DNA of 64,000 nt from positions 21,266,001-21,330,000 of the forward strand of contig OX597836.1 of the NCBI GenBank assembly GCA_951406725.2. Reading direction: 5' to 3'. Below the pieces are notes generated by a model. It did no database searches and was not told the DNA's origin. It saw only the letters and a program-made list of their open reading frames with translations. The position numbers and the translations under genes were made by a program. Origin of the DNA: Octopus vulgaris. Taxonomy: Eukaryota. Shown here piece by piece: positions 52,559-64,000 of this stretch. Each line of letters opens with the position of its first letter. The first letter of the stretch is position 1.

Positions 52559-53484
52559 CTGAAAATTTTTTTTAAAAATAAGATGTTAGAATTAATGAAA
52601 GAATAAAGAATATTAAAAGAAGAGAAAAAAAGAAAAGGAGAAAGAATGAGACAAAGAATATAAGAGTAAAAATATATGAATAAAAAGAAAAAAAAACAGA
52701 AAGAAAAGAAACAGAAAAGACAAAAGAAAGTGAGAGAAATAATGAAAGAGAGAGTCATCATCAACATCATCATCGTTAATGTCTGCTTTCCATGCTGGCA
52801 TGGGTTGGATGGTAAGAATTCTGCATTAAAAAGTCAGAATGAATGAATAAGGATAAAGAAAAAAAAAATCAAAGAAATGTATAGAAGAGAAAAAGTAAAA
52901 AAAAAAAAGAATGAGAAAAGAAAGGAAAGATGAGATGAAGAAATCTGAAAGAAAAATCAAAAACAAATAAAAATAAGAGTAAGGAGAGTGCCAAGCATTT
53001 CACATAGTGCTCTACTGATTCTGTGAAACCCACCACCTTATGACTCTGAGCCCTGTACTCTAACCCCTTGTGACAGTTCTTGACACACTGTCTGAATAAA
53101 AGATAGGGAGGCCATAACTGGAAGGCCTTTGATAATAGGCCTTGCTTAATCAGAGCTGACTCGGGGTAAAAAACAAGAACAATCACTTGATCATTTTATC
53201 TTAATAAATCAATGCTAGATGTGTCGAAACAATTGTCGTGTTTAATAATTAATTCTTGTATATTCCATCTTCCATTTGCTATATATATATATATCTTTTT
53301 ACTCTTTTACTTGTTTCAGTCATTTGACTGCGGCCATGCTGGAGCACTGCTTTTAGTCGAACAAATCGACCCCGGGACTTATTCTATCACTCTCTTTTGC
53401 CGAACCACTAAGTGACGGCGACGTAAACACACCAGCATCGGTTGTCAAGCAATGCTAGGGGGACTAACACAGACACACAAACAT

Positions 53485-53520
<36 letters not shown>

Positions 53521-54164
53521 CTTTCAGTTTCCGTCCACCAAATCCACTCACAAGGTTTTGGTCGGCCCGAGGCTATAGTAGAAGACACTTGCCCAAGATG
53601 CCACACTGTGGGACTGAACCCGGAACCATGTGGTTGGTAAGCAAGCTACTTACCACACAGCCACTCCTGCGCCTATATATATATATATCATCATCATCAT
53701 CATTTAATATCCATTTTCCATGTTGGCGTGAATTGGATGGTTTGACTGGGACTGATAAACCGGAGAGCTGCACCAGGCTCCACTCATTTGCTTATGCTTG
53801 GTTCTATGGCTGGATGCCCTTCCAAATGCCAACCATTTGTACTGGGATCTTTTACATGTCACCAGTATGGGTGCTTTTTACATGTCACTGGCAATGACCA
53901 TGGGTTCATTTAGCTTGACACGTCTTCTCAAGCACAATATTTATAAGTGTGTGTGTGGGGGCGGGTATTTATTTAGCAATATAATGAATTATATCCCTTC
54001 ATTCTAAAAAAAAAAAGGGGGGGGGGGTCAAACTTCAACATTCAATAAATAAAAACCCATAAAAAAAAAAAGGAGACTAAAATAAATGCAGGGATTTTAT
54101 GATTGAAGGCCCTGTCCCAACAGGGTCAAAGTCCCAAAACCTGTTACAACAAACCAATACCAAC

Positions 54165-54392
54165 CTTCAGAATTGTTATTCGTTTGCTCCCTTTACTCTG
54201 TTTTTCCAGTTTCCTCAATGCCATAGCTTTGGCAGTCTTTTCTGAATTTGGATTCAAGCCTTCTGTTGCTTTCTGTTGCTTTTCTTTCTCTTTCTGTTTC
54301 AATTTGTACAAATTTTTCTTCATTTTCCGCTGACGTTTCTTGTCAGCAGCAGAAAACTCTGATTTTCCCTTCAGGGTCGTTTGGAGAGGTTC
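54165..54392 (-). CDS. MPHOSPH10: MPP10 exon (basic coiled coil)
   Basis: EFSAADKKRQRKMKK...KEKEK...; ttcctag / AAG|gttggt; 228 nt, phase 0. Confidence 0.92.
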
Positions 54393-54584
54393 CTAGGAAA
54401 AAAAAAAAAAGAAAAAAACTCACAACACTAACACACTCGAGTGGGAATTTAGTGGAGAGGGAATGTGGCTTTATACAAAGTTGCTTAGGCTAATATGACA
54501 GTGAGGACAGGAACAGGTTTGTTGTGGTAAAGATACATGGCAACCTTACATTACATAAAGGTAAGTGGGAGTAATTGGGCGGCG

Positions 54585-55035
54585 GGCAAGTAGAGACTTC
54601 AAACTTGAAATCTTCAAAGCCACAGTCGAACCAATTCTACTATATGGCTCAGAAACCTGGACGTTATCAAAGAAGCTTGAGAGGCGGTTGGATGGAACCT
54701 ACACTCGCCTCCTTATGAGAGCTCAAAATCTCTCGTGGAAGCGCCATCCAACCAAAATGCAAATATATGGGAAACTACCACCTGTGTCATCTCTTGTGAA
54801 AGGTAGGAGAGTCCAGTTTGCTGGACATTGTTGTAGATCCGAAAATGAGGCAATTTCTACTCTTCTCCTCTGGAAGCCATCTACTCGCAATACCAGAGGG
54901 CACACACTCTCCTACCCTGATGTAATCTCCAGGGATACAGGCATCCAGCAACAGGACCTCAGTAATGCTATGATGGACCGTGAAGTCTGGCGTAGCATGG
55001 TAAATTCCATTGTCTTGACCATGGTCAAACAATGA
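54585..55035 (+). mobile_element. RTE-like LINE RT C-terminal fragment (second family), antisense in an MPP10 intron
   Basis: IFKATVEPILLYGSETWTL...RRVQFAGHCCR...AMMDREVWR. Confidence 0.8.
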
Positions 55036-55296
55036 TTGTGGGGGGGGGGGGAGATAATGTGTGAAAGTGTACCTTAAGGTATAAGAAGATGAAGAGAGGG
55101 TATGAACAGAAGATCAAGAAGAGTGGCTGCCAGAGTGTGTGGCGGGAGGGAGTGATGGTTAGATGGGGGCAGGGGTGAAAGTCGTGAATGGTGAAAGGGG
55201 TGGTTTATGGTAAATATGAGTCGGGGAAAAGTTATGTGATGTGAATGAGGGATGGATGTCAACAGAAGTGAAGCAAACATGAAATAAATGACTTAC

Positions 55297-55404
55297 CAGT
55301 AATTCTTTGGGCGCCGCCAGCTGTAGTTCACTGACTGATACAGGAGCAACTTCTTCCATGGTGATGGATGGTAGATTAGACACTATTTTCACGTCAGATA
55401 TTGG
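55297..55404 (-). CDS. MPHOSPH10: MPP10 exon
   Basis: VKIVSNLPSITMEEVAPVSVSELQLAAPKEL; tttcag / CTG|gtaagt. Confidence 0.97.
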
Positions 55405-56730
55405 CTGAAATTAACACACATTTTAATTAAAGAGGAAAATATACATACAGTAATTAAATATATAATTGCAATAAATATAGTACAGAAGTGCAATTACAAG
55501 TCTGTGTGTGTGTGTGTGTGTGTATAGGCGCAGGCGTGGCAGTGTAGTAAGAAGCTTGTTTCCCAAACACATGGTTCTGGATTCAGTCCCACTGTGTGGC
55601 ACCCTTGGCAAATGTCTTCTACTATGTGGAAGCACTCCGTCGGTTACGACGAGGGTTCCAGTTGATCCGATCAACGGAACAGTCAGCTCGTGAAATTAAC
55701 GTGTAAGTGGCTGAGCACTCCACAGACACGTGTACCCTTAACGTAGTTCTCGGGGATATTCAGCGTGACACAGAGAGTGACAAGGCCGGCCCTTTGAAAT
55801 ACAGGTACAACAGAAACAGGAAGTAAGAGTGAGAGAAAGTTGTGGTGAAAGAGTACAGCAGGGATCACCACCATCCCCTGCCGGAGCCTCGTGGAGCTTT
55901 AGGTGTTTTCGCTCAATAAACACTCACAACGCCCGGTCTGGGATTCGAAACCGTGAGTCCGCTGCCCTAACCACTGAGCCATTGCGCCTATAGTCTACTA
56001 TAGTCTCAGGCCGACAAAAGCCTTGTGATTGGATTTGGTACTTAATTTATCGACCCCAAAAGGATGAAAGGCAAAGTGGGTTAGGAAGGCTTTGAAAAAT
56101 ACATAAATTTTCAAAAAACTTTTCTTTTCTTAACCAAAAGGTATCTCTTATTGTTTTTGAGTTCTATAGGATGGGTTGAGTGGGAGAAGGGGGAACCCAG
56201 GGCTCTCCTACATTTTATTTCTTCACTGTTTTACATCAACTTTAACAATTAATGAAACCAAATGACATACCACCAAGCCCTCAACAATTTTTTTTTTATA
56301 TTTGAACTGGTTTCAGTCACTGGACTGTGGCCATGCTGGGGCACCACCTTGAAGGATTTATTTCCAACAAATCGACCCCAGTACTTATTTTGTTAAGCTT
56401 GGTACTCATTCAGTTGGGTTTTTTTTTTCCACCAAAGCAATAAGTTACAGGGATGTAAACAAACCAACACCTGTTGTCGAGTAGTGGTGGGGGACAAAGA
56501 CAAAGGCACACATACACAGATACATATTAACTTCATTCATAAAGCTTTGGTTGGCCCAAGGTGCCATGCAGTGGGACTGAGCCTTGAACCATGTGATTGG
56601 GAAGTAAACCTCTTACCACATGGTCACACCTGCATCTAATTCTAAGTGCTGATTGTAAATTTGTTTTCTCTAACGCAGTCACATACACTCATTGATACAT
56701 AAAAGAGAGAGATTTCTCTTTGTAGCTTAC

Positions 56731-56850
56731 CAACTTTGGTGTGAAGTGGAAGTTTGACAGGGCATCTAATTTCAGAAAAAGGGAATTCATCATTTTGTCA
56801 ATTTCTTCATGTAATGGGTCTTCTCCTTTCTCCTTGTCATTTGTTTCAGG
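56731..56850 (-). CDS. MPHOSPH10: MPP10 exon (not in ORF track)
   Basis: HEEIDKMMNSLFLKLDALSNFHFTPK; poly-T+cag / TTG|gtaagc. Confidence 0.97.
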
Positions 56851-57288
56851 CTGAAAAAAAAAAAAGGCATCAGAACATCAACAACATTATCATCATCAAC
56901 TTCAGCAAAGTCATTACCACCACCACCAAGGTGGGCAGAAAAACTGCTTCAAGGATACACAAAAAGCCTCACTGAAGTGCTTTTAGATCAACCCTGACAC
57001 CTGAGAAATGCAAACACAGGACCAATCTGCCTGGCATAGCTGCTCCAACAGAGGTACCACCTCCTACAAACAGAATAGAATGTCAAATAATCGCATCAAA
57101 GTCTCAAAGCTGAAAGACAATGCTGCATGATACATTAAAAACAATGTGAATAAATAAGCATTACAGTTGGCAGAGAAATCGTGAATGCCAAAAGGCTAAC
57201 GACATTTTAGTCTTGTGTTCAACATTCATTTAACTATGGTGACTATGACTGTTTGTTCTGCTGCTCTGTAGGATTAAGATTATCTTAC

Positions 57289-57426
57289 CTGCTGTTGTTG
57301 AAGGAATTCTTTCTCATAGATTTCTCCAAGACTCAATTTACTCTTCTCCTGGTCGAGTACAACAGCTTTCTTGTATTCAAATGGTGCCACGGGTACTTTG
57401 GATTTTCGTTCAACATCATCCCAAGC
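57289..57426 (-). CDS. MPHOSPH10: MPP10 exon
   Basis: AWDDVERK...YKKAVVLDQEKSKLSLGEIYEKEF; ttgcag / CAG|gtaaga. Confidence 0.97.
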
Positions 57427-58804
57427 CTGCAAATAAAAGGGTAACATGCCATCATTATCATCATCACCACCATTACCATCATCACCACCACTATTCCCCT
57501 CCTCTGCCATCACAATAACAATAATAATCCTTTCTACTAAAAGCACAAAGCCTGAAATTATTGGGGAAGGGGCTAGTTGATTACATCGACCCCAGTGTTT
57601 CATTGGTACTTAATTTATCGATCCCGAAAGGATGAAAGACAAAGTCGACCTTGACAGAATTTGAACTCAGAACATAAATAATAATAATGATGGTGATGCA
57701 CGTGCCTGGTGTACCCTTATCAGACAGGCAGTCATGAAGGGTATGTTAGCCTTTGTATATTTGTACCCCAATGTCACTTTGATGGTATGCCTTGCTCTTT
57801 CACTCAATAATAATAATTGTTTAAAATTTTGGCAAAAGCCCAGCAATTAGAGAAGGAGGGGGCAAGTTCATTACATTGATCCCTGTACCTCACTGGTCTG
57901 ATCGCTCTGACAGGAAATGCAAAGTCAGTCTTGGCAAAATTTGAACTTAGAATGTAAACAGGAGTGGCTGTGTGGTAAGTAGCTTGCTAACCAACCACAT
58001 GGTTCTGGGTTCAGTCCCACTGCGTGGCATCTTGGGCAAGTGTCTTCTGCTATAGCCCCGGGCCGACCAATGCCTTGTGAGTGGATTTGGTAGACAGAAA
58101 CTGAAAGAAGCCTGTCGTATATATGTATATATATATAAGTGTGTGTGTATATGTTTGTGTGTCTGTGTTTGTCCCCCTAGCATTGCTTGACAACCGATGC
58201 TGGTGTGTTTACGTCCCCGTCACTTAGCGGTTCGGCAAAAGAGACCGATAGAATAAGTATTGGGCTTACAAAGAATAAGTCCCGGGGTCGATTTGCTCGA
58301 CTAAAGGCGGTGCTCCAACATGGCCGCAGTCAAATGACTGAAACAAGTAAAAGAGTAGAGTAAAAAGAACTTGAAGTAATGCCACTAAGCCTTTAGTCGT
58401 TGTCGTCATTGTCAGCAGCAGCCACCACCACCACCACCACCAGCTGCTGCTGCCATCCTGTCCCCTTTCCCATGCTTGTGTGAGTCTTTCTTTCCAACAC
58501 AGCTACCACTTGTTGCAATCCTTTGTCACCGGTTTTGTGGAAGTTCAGTTTCCTAAGATCATCCTTCACCACTTTTGGCCATGTCTTCCTTAGTTTTACT
58601 CCTCCCTTGGATCTTTCCACATTAGTCTCCTGCACATTACATGTCCATATCACCATAGCCACCGGCCTTGCACACTACAATCGATTCTTCTCATATGCCC
58701 AGTTTTTCTCTCAGTTCCTCTTATATCTCGTCATTCATACGCATCAACATTCCACACACACAGAACAGATCATGCTTACTTCATTTCTTTCCATCCTTCA
58801 CATA

Positions 58805-58975
58805 GGCGCAGGAGTGGCTGTGTGGTAAGTAGCTTGTTTACCAACCACATGGTTCCGGGTTCAGTCCCACTGCGTGGCACCTTGGGCAAGTGTCTTCTAC
58901 TATAGCCTCGGGCCGACCAATGCCTTGTGAGTGGATTTGGTAGACGGAAACTGAAAGAAGCCCATCATATAAATG

Positions 58976-59008
<33 letters not shown>

Positions 59009-59200
59009 TTGTGTTTGTCCCCCTAGCATTGCTTGACAACCGATGCTGGTGTGTTTATGTCCCCGTCACTTAGCAGTTCGGCAAAAGAGACCGATAGAAT
59101 AAGTACTGGGCTTACAAAGAATAAGTCCCGGGGTCGAGTTGTCGATTAAATGCAGTGCTTCAGCATGGCTGCAGTCAAAATGACTGAAACAAGTAAAAAG
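58805..59200 (+). mobile_element. tRNA-derived SINE family B (~400 bp, internal (TA)n(TG)n microsatellite), representative copy
   Basis: Head ggcgcaggagtggctgtgtggtaag...gggttcagtccc, CORE-like accttgggcaagtg, tail ...gactgaaacaagtaaaagag. Other copies at ~6420-6830(-), 8095-8473(-), 21631-22030(-), 45396-45775(+), 48225-48625(-), 53300-53675(-) and 57960-58360(+), plus many older fragments. Confidence 0.88.
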
Positions 59201-59813
59201 AGAAAAAAGAAAGAAAGAGATATTCTCTGCATTCAGTGCTCTCCACATCTCATTACAATTCATACACGAGTCAAACAATCTACCCTTTTATTCACAAGGA
59301 CAAATACATTGTCAACAGCAACCACCATCATCTGACGTCCACCTTTCCATGCTTGCATGGGTCAGACAGAATTTATTGAAGCAGATTTTTTATGGCTGGA
59401 TGTTCACTAGTTTCCAAGTACAGTGCTATGTTCCTGTTACCAGGTATGTTTCTCATGGAAAACAGGAAACAAACAACCTCGCTTGTATGACAATGATGCT
59501 CGTTTACAACCATCATTATGTCTAGACAAGAGTTCACATACACATACAGAGGGCTGCTTTCAGTTTCTGTCTATCAAATCCACTCCCAAGGATTTTGTTG
59601 GTATGGGCTATAGTGGAAGAAACTTGCCCTAGGTGTCATGCAGTAGAACTCAATCCAAGATCATACAGTTAGGAAGCTCTTCAACCATGCATTTTCCCCA
59701 CTTTTAACCAAAACACAACATAAGCAATGTATTTTGTTAAGAAATGTGATCAGGATATTTTTAAGATAATTAGCAGAGACGATTATAGGAAGAAAACTAA
59801 TTAACAAATTTAC

Positions 59814-59881
59814 TTGGTCTTTGATTCTTTGAATAATGAGGTCTTCAATTGTCTTTGTAGATTCTTCAGTGATATCAGGGG
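59814..59881 (-). CDS. MPHOSPH10: MPP10 exon
   Basis: PDITEESTKTIEDLIIQRIKDQ; tttcag / CAA|gtaaat. Confidence 0.96.
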
Positions 59882-60243
59882 CTGAAATATTAAGGAGATT
59901 TTGAGTGTTGTAGTATCTGATTATATATGCACATTTTATATACATATATATACACACACACACATACATGTGTATGTGTGTGTGTGTTTATACAAACATA
60001 CATGTACACACACACAAGGTGCATTCCAAAAGTTCTGAGACTTTTTCAGGTGAGACATTTATTGCTGAGTACTTTAAGACATGTATACCCTTAACTTAGT
60101 TCGTAGGGCGATTCAGCATGACTACTCATTTTGCCAGTTGAGTGGACTGGAGCAACAGGAAATAAAGTGTCTTGTTCAAGGACACAATGTGTTGCTGGAA
60201 ATTGAACTCACAACCTTACGATTGTGAAGTGAATACTCTAACC

Positions 60244-60440
60244 CAGTGGTTTTCAACCAGGGTTCTGCGGAACCTTAGGGTTCCGCAAGAAGTTACAAAA
60301 ATGCTAAAATCGGCAGTAATTTTTAATTCTCCTGTGCAGATATGTGTGCATAAGACTATTAAATTATTGCACAGGGGTTCCTCGAGCCAGTGGAATGTTT
60401 CCTTGGGGTTCCGCTCCAGCAAAGAGTTTGAAAAGCACTG
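60244..60440. mobile_element. hAT-type MITE
   Basis: TIRs cagtggttttcaa / ttgaaaagcactg; 8-bp TSD ctctaacc. A further degenerate one at 52008-52291 (TSD ggttag/aaa). Confidence 0.88.
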
Positions 60441-61227
60441 CTCTAACCACTAAGTCAAGCACACACATCATCATCATCATAAACATCCATTTTTCCATGT
60501 TTGAATGGGTCAGATTTTGTATGGCCAAATGTTCTTCCTGTCATCAACCCTCGCCTGTTTCCAATCGAAGTAATATTTCCCCAAAGCCAGAAATATTGTT
60601 GCAGAATATTGGAACGACACTGCTTGTATGACAGTGACAATCATTTACAACTACCACACAATGTCAAGACAAAGAGACACAAACATATGCAGACACATTA
60701 TATGTATGTGATGGGCTGAGTTCAGTTTCTCACACTGATTTGGTTCACCCAGAGCTACAGTAGAAGACAAATGCCCAAGGTACCATGCAGTGGGATTGAA
60801 CTTGGAACTGTGTGGTTGGGAAGCAATCCTCTTACAACAGAGCCAATCTGTGTATCATATATATATATTCACATAAAAAACATTTGAGCGAGGTCATTGC
60901 CAGTGCCGCTGGACTGGCTCCTGTGCAGGTGGCACATAAAAAACACCATTTGAGTGTGGCCATTGCCAGTACCACGTGACTGGCCCTCATGCCGGTGGCA
61001 CATAAAAGCACCCACTACACTCTTGGAGTGGTTGGTGTTAGGAAGGGCATCCAGCTGTAGAAACTCTACCAGATCAAGATGGGAGCCTAGTGTGGCCATC
61101 TGGTTAGCCAGTCCTCAGTCAAATCGTCCAACCCATGCTAGCATGGAAAGCGGATGTTAAGCGATGATGATGATTCAATTAAAAAAAAAAAAGAGAAAAA
61201 AGTTCTCCTCAAGCCCAAAATACTTAC

Positions 61228-61369
61228 GTAACTTCAAGGTGGAATCAAACTGAACATGTTCTTCTAGAAGACTATTTTCAGGTCTGGCAGTAGCGTTAAT
61301 TTCCCCTTTCAGTTGCCAGGGACTCTCAGAAACACTTGCTTTTTCAAGCTTAGCAATTTTGTTCTTCAA
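61228..61369 (-). CDS. MPHOSPH10: MPP10 exon
   Basis: KIAKLEK...PWQLKGEINATARPENSLLEEHVQFD, a signature Mpp10 motif; tttgtag / C|gtaagt. Confidence 0.97.
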
Positions 61370-62057
61370 CTACAAAATGAAAAAAATATTGAAATGAAAT
61401 TGAACAAAAGTCATTATGATGATGATGATGATTATTATTAGCAAGATCACCACTATCATCATCATTGTCATCACTATCATCATTATTGTGATCCATGTAA
61501 TATGCTTTTTGTTCTTGGGTAGCAACTGTTATTTCCTATTTGCTTGCACCTAGAAAGTATCACAAATAGCTAATATTTCCTTCAAACCTTGCTTTGGTTA
61601 CGTTTATTCTAACCCCAAAGATTCCCTCTCAACACATGGCTATGATGGTCCTCCCCCCCACTACTCCTGCTCAAGATCAGAGATGCACATATCGTCAGCC
61701 ACTAAGGGACATGGTCAACTGATTACGGTCAAGCAACTGACGAGCAAATCTGTGGTATTGAGCAGAATATTTGTATACTGATATTTCTGCTTCAGCCACT
61801 CAGTGCTGAATCTGTGTGAAATGTAATGGAAAAATAGGTCAGTTTCAAAACAATGATGTGTAGGTCACAAAAGCAAAGTCTGAAGGGAATAGTAGCGATT
61901 TCCTTTGGTTTCTAGATAGAAGCAAAGAGGAAATAACATTTACTGACCAAAGACACAAAAAAAAAGATAAAAATTTTGTTACACAGTATAATTACTCATC
62001 TACCAGTCATACACACCCACCAGCCTCCCAGGCATATTCACTACATAAAATACTCAC

Positions 62058-62145
62058 TCTCTCTTGCCGTAGTTCAAATGTAGATTTATTCGCCTGGCCA
62101 CCAACAATCTCTGAAATGTCTTCTCCTTCTTCACTCTTGTTTTCA
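62058..62145 (-). CDS. MPHOSPH10: MPP10 (U3 snoRNP protein) internal exon; upstream exons lie beyond the window end
   Basis: ENKSEEGEDISEIVGGQANKSTFELRQER; ttcacag / AGA|gtgagt. Confidence 0.9.
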
Positions 62146-62466
62146 CTGTGAAATGAAACAAAAGAAAAAAAATTAAAAATGGAATCAATTCTGAAAGAGA
62201 AAAAGACGAAGAGAAAGAAAGAATCAACACTGCTGCTTGACTGACTGGTGTGGTATTTATTGACCCCCACCACCAAAACAAAGTTGACCTCTGCAGGATT
62301 TGAACTCAGAACAGAGAGTCAGAACAAATACTGCAAAGTATTCTAACCAGTACTCTTCACCACTCTGCCAATGCATATGTGAGTGTATGTGTGCATACAT
62401 GTGCATGTGTGTGTGTGCGTGCGCGCAGGTGTGTGTATATGCATGTGTATATATATATATATATAT

Positions 62467-62604
62467 AAAATAAGCAACAAGAATGAATCCGGTAATTTAG
62501 TACAATTGTTTCATACTACAACATTTTATTAAAAGCTTTTAATAAAATGTTGTAGTATGAAACAATTGTACTAAATTACCGGATTCATTCTTGTTGCTTA
62601 TTTT
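62467..62604. repeat. Perfect 138-bp palindrome (69-bp arms, no spacer)
   Basis: Checked base by base; centre aaaag|ctttt at 62535/62536. Confidence 0.97.
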
Positions 62605-62737
62605 TTATTATAATCACCCTGCATATGTTTATGGGTAACACCATACAAAATTCTGGTGCATCTAAATTAAGTACTATATACATTTGAATCTAAATTGTTG
62701 CTGATCTTATAATTCCATATATATATATATATATATA

Positions 62738-62941
62738 CAGGGTGTCTCAGAAGTCATGCACCATTCTGGTTTTCATTTAAAATAATTAAAGCATTTTATT
62801 TTATATACTTTTCGGCATGTTTTATTGTAGAGGATTCACAATTTGAGCATTTGTTATGATTAATTTCAATAAAGTGCTTTTGAAATCAATAAGGGTGTAT
62901 TCTTTTAAAAAACCAGGACGGCGCGCAACTTCTGGGACACC

Positions 62942-62944
<3 letters not shown>
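62738..62944. mobile_element. Tc1/mariner-type MITE in (TA)n
   Basis: TIRs cagggtgtctcagaagt / acttctgggacaccctg. Confidence 0.85.
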
Positions 62945-62977
<33 letters not shown>

Positions 62978-62985
<8 letters not shown>

Positions 62986-63272
62986 ATCACGTGACCGACC
63001 AGACCATCAGATGTTGCTACACATCGCTGGTCACAATGCGTTTGCATTGTTTTAGCCTTCGAATGACGCCACCCCGCTGGCTAAGCGAGCAGGCCAACAG
63101 AAGAAAGAGTGGTGAAGGAGTACAGCAGGGATCACCACCACCCCCTGCCGGAGCCTCGTGGAGCTTTTAGGTGTTTTCGCTCAATAAACACACACAACGC
63201 CCGGTCTGGGAATCGAAACCGTGATCCTATGACCGCGAGTCCGCTGCCCTAACCACTGGGCCATTGCGCCTC

Positions 63273-63275
<3 letters not shown>
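62978..63275 (-). mobile_element. tRNA-derived SINE family C
   Basis: Head ggaggcgcaatggcccagtggttagggcagcggactcgcggtc...ggtttcgattccc. Related copies with different tails at ~34175-34462 and ~55626-55990. Confidence 0.85.
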
Positions 63276-63311
<36 letters not shown>

Positions 63312-63478
63312 TGATAATACCATAACAGCCAATATAAATGTTGATTAGTTAGGTGGTTGATTTCTCCAGTCATGCTTTATTTGGTGTAGAGAGAATGGGA
63401 GAGAGAGTAAAAATCAGATACAGAGGAAGTTAATTAACATAAGCAGTGCAGTATGAGTATCTTTTAACTTTCTGAATA

Positions 63479-64000
63479 TATTTCTTTACTACCCACAAGG
63501 GGCTAAACACAGAGAGGACAAACAAGGACAGACAAACGGATTAAGTCGATTACATCGACCCCAGTGTGCAACTGGTACTTATTTAATCGACCCCGAAAGG
63601 ATGAAAGGCAAAGTCGACCCCGGCTGAATTCGAACTCAGAACGTAACGGCAGACGAAATACCTATTTCTTTACTACCCACAAGGGGATAAACACAGAGAG
63701 GACAAACAAGGACAGACAAACGGATTAAGTCGATTACATCGACCCCAGTGTGCAACTGGTACTTAATTTATCGACCCCGAAAGGATGAAAGGCAAAGTCG
63801 ACCCTGGCTGAATTCGAACTCAGAACGTAACGGCAGACGAAATACCTATTTCTTTACTACCCACAAGGGGCTAAACACAGAGAGGACAAACAAGGACAGA
63901 CAAACGGATTAAGTCGAATACATCGATCCCAGTGTGCAACTGGTACTTAATTTATCGACCTCGAAAGGATGAAAGGCAAAGTCGGCCTCGGCGGAATTTG
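63479..64000 (-). mobile_element. SINE family A tandem multimer (at least 3 units, 184-bp period), runs off the window end
   Basis: Junctions at 63661/63662 and 63845/63846. Confidence 0.9.

Noticed and set aside
63190-63275. tRNA gene-like sequences (also heads at 12770 and 58805)
   Set aside because: A/B boxes are present but continue into SINE bodies and lack a proper cloverleaf; these are SINE heads.
63479-64000. CRISPR-like or satellite array
   Set aside because: Units are whole SINE bodies without unique spacers, the context is eukaryotic, and no cas genes are present.

Overview
Eukaryotic (animal) genomic DNA, AT-rich, intron-rich and packed with microsatellites and SINEs. The repeat landscape looks like Octopus (inference from the repeat families, not a database hit). 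Four spliced protein-coding genes can be assembled by hand with GT-AG introns and consistent phases. (1) The 3' ten exons of MYSM1, an H2A deubiquitinase with SWIRM and JAMM/MPN domains (+, 742-16862). (2) A complete GT14 core-2/I-branching beta-1,6-GlcNAc transferase (GCNT-like; -, 32391-21252) that has two tandem-duplicated, phase-compatible last coding exons. (3) A two-exon orphan class A GPCR (+, 42536-50852). (4) The 3' eight exons of MPP10/MPHOSPH10 (-, 62145-52415). Most ORFs in the track are microsatellite or SINE artefacts. Mobile DNA includes several tRNA-derived SINE families, RTE/CR1/L1-Tx1 LINE remnants, Penelope-like remnants, mariner/Tc1 fossils, hAT and Tc1 MITEs, a non-autonomous Helitron and an LTR with a primer-binding site. 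The most interesting signals are the alternative GCNT C-termini, head-to-tail SINE multimers with an identical junction at three loci, several type I hammerhead-ribozyme-like motifs in (TA)n-embedded repeats, and a perfect 138-bp palindrome in an MPP10 intron.
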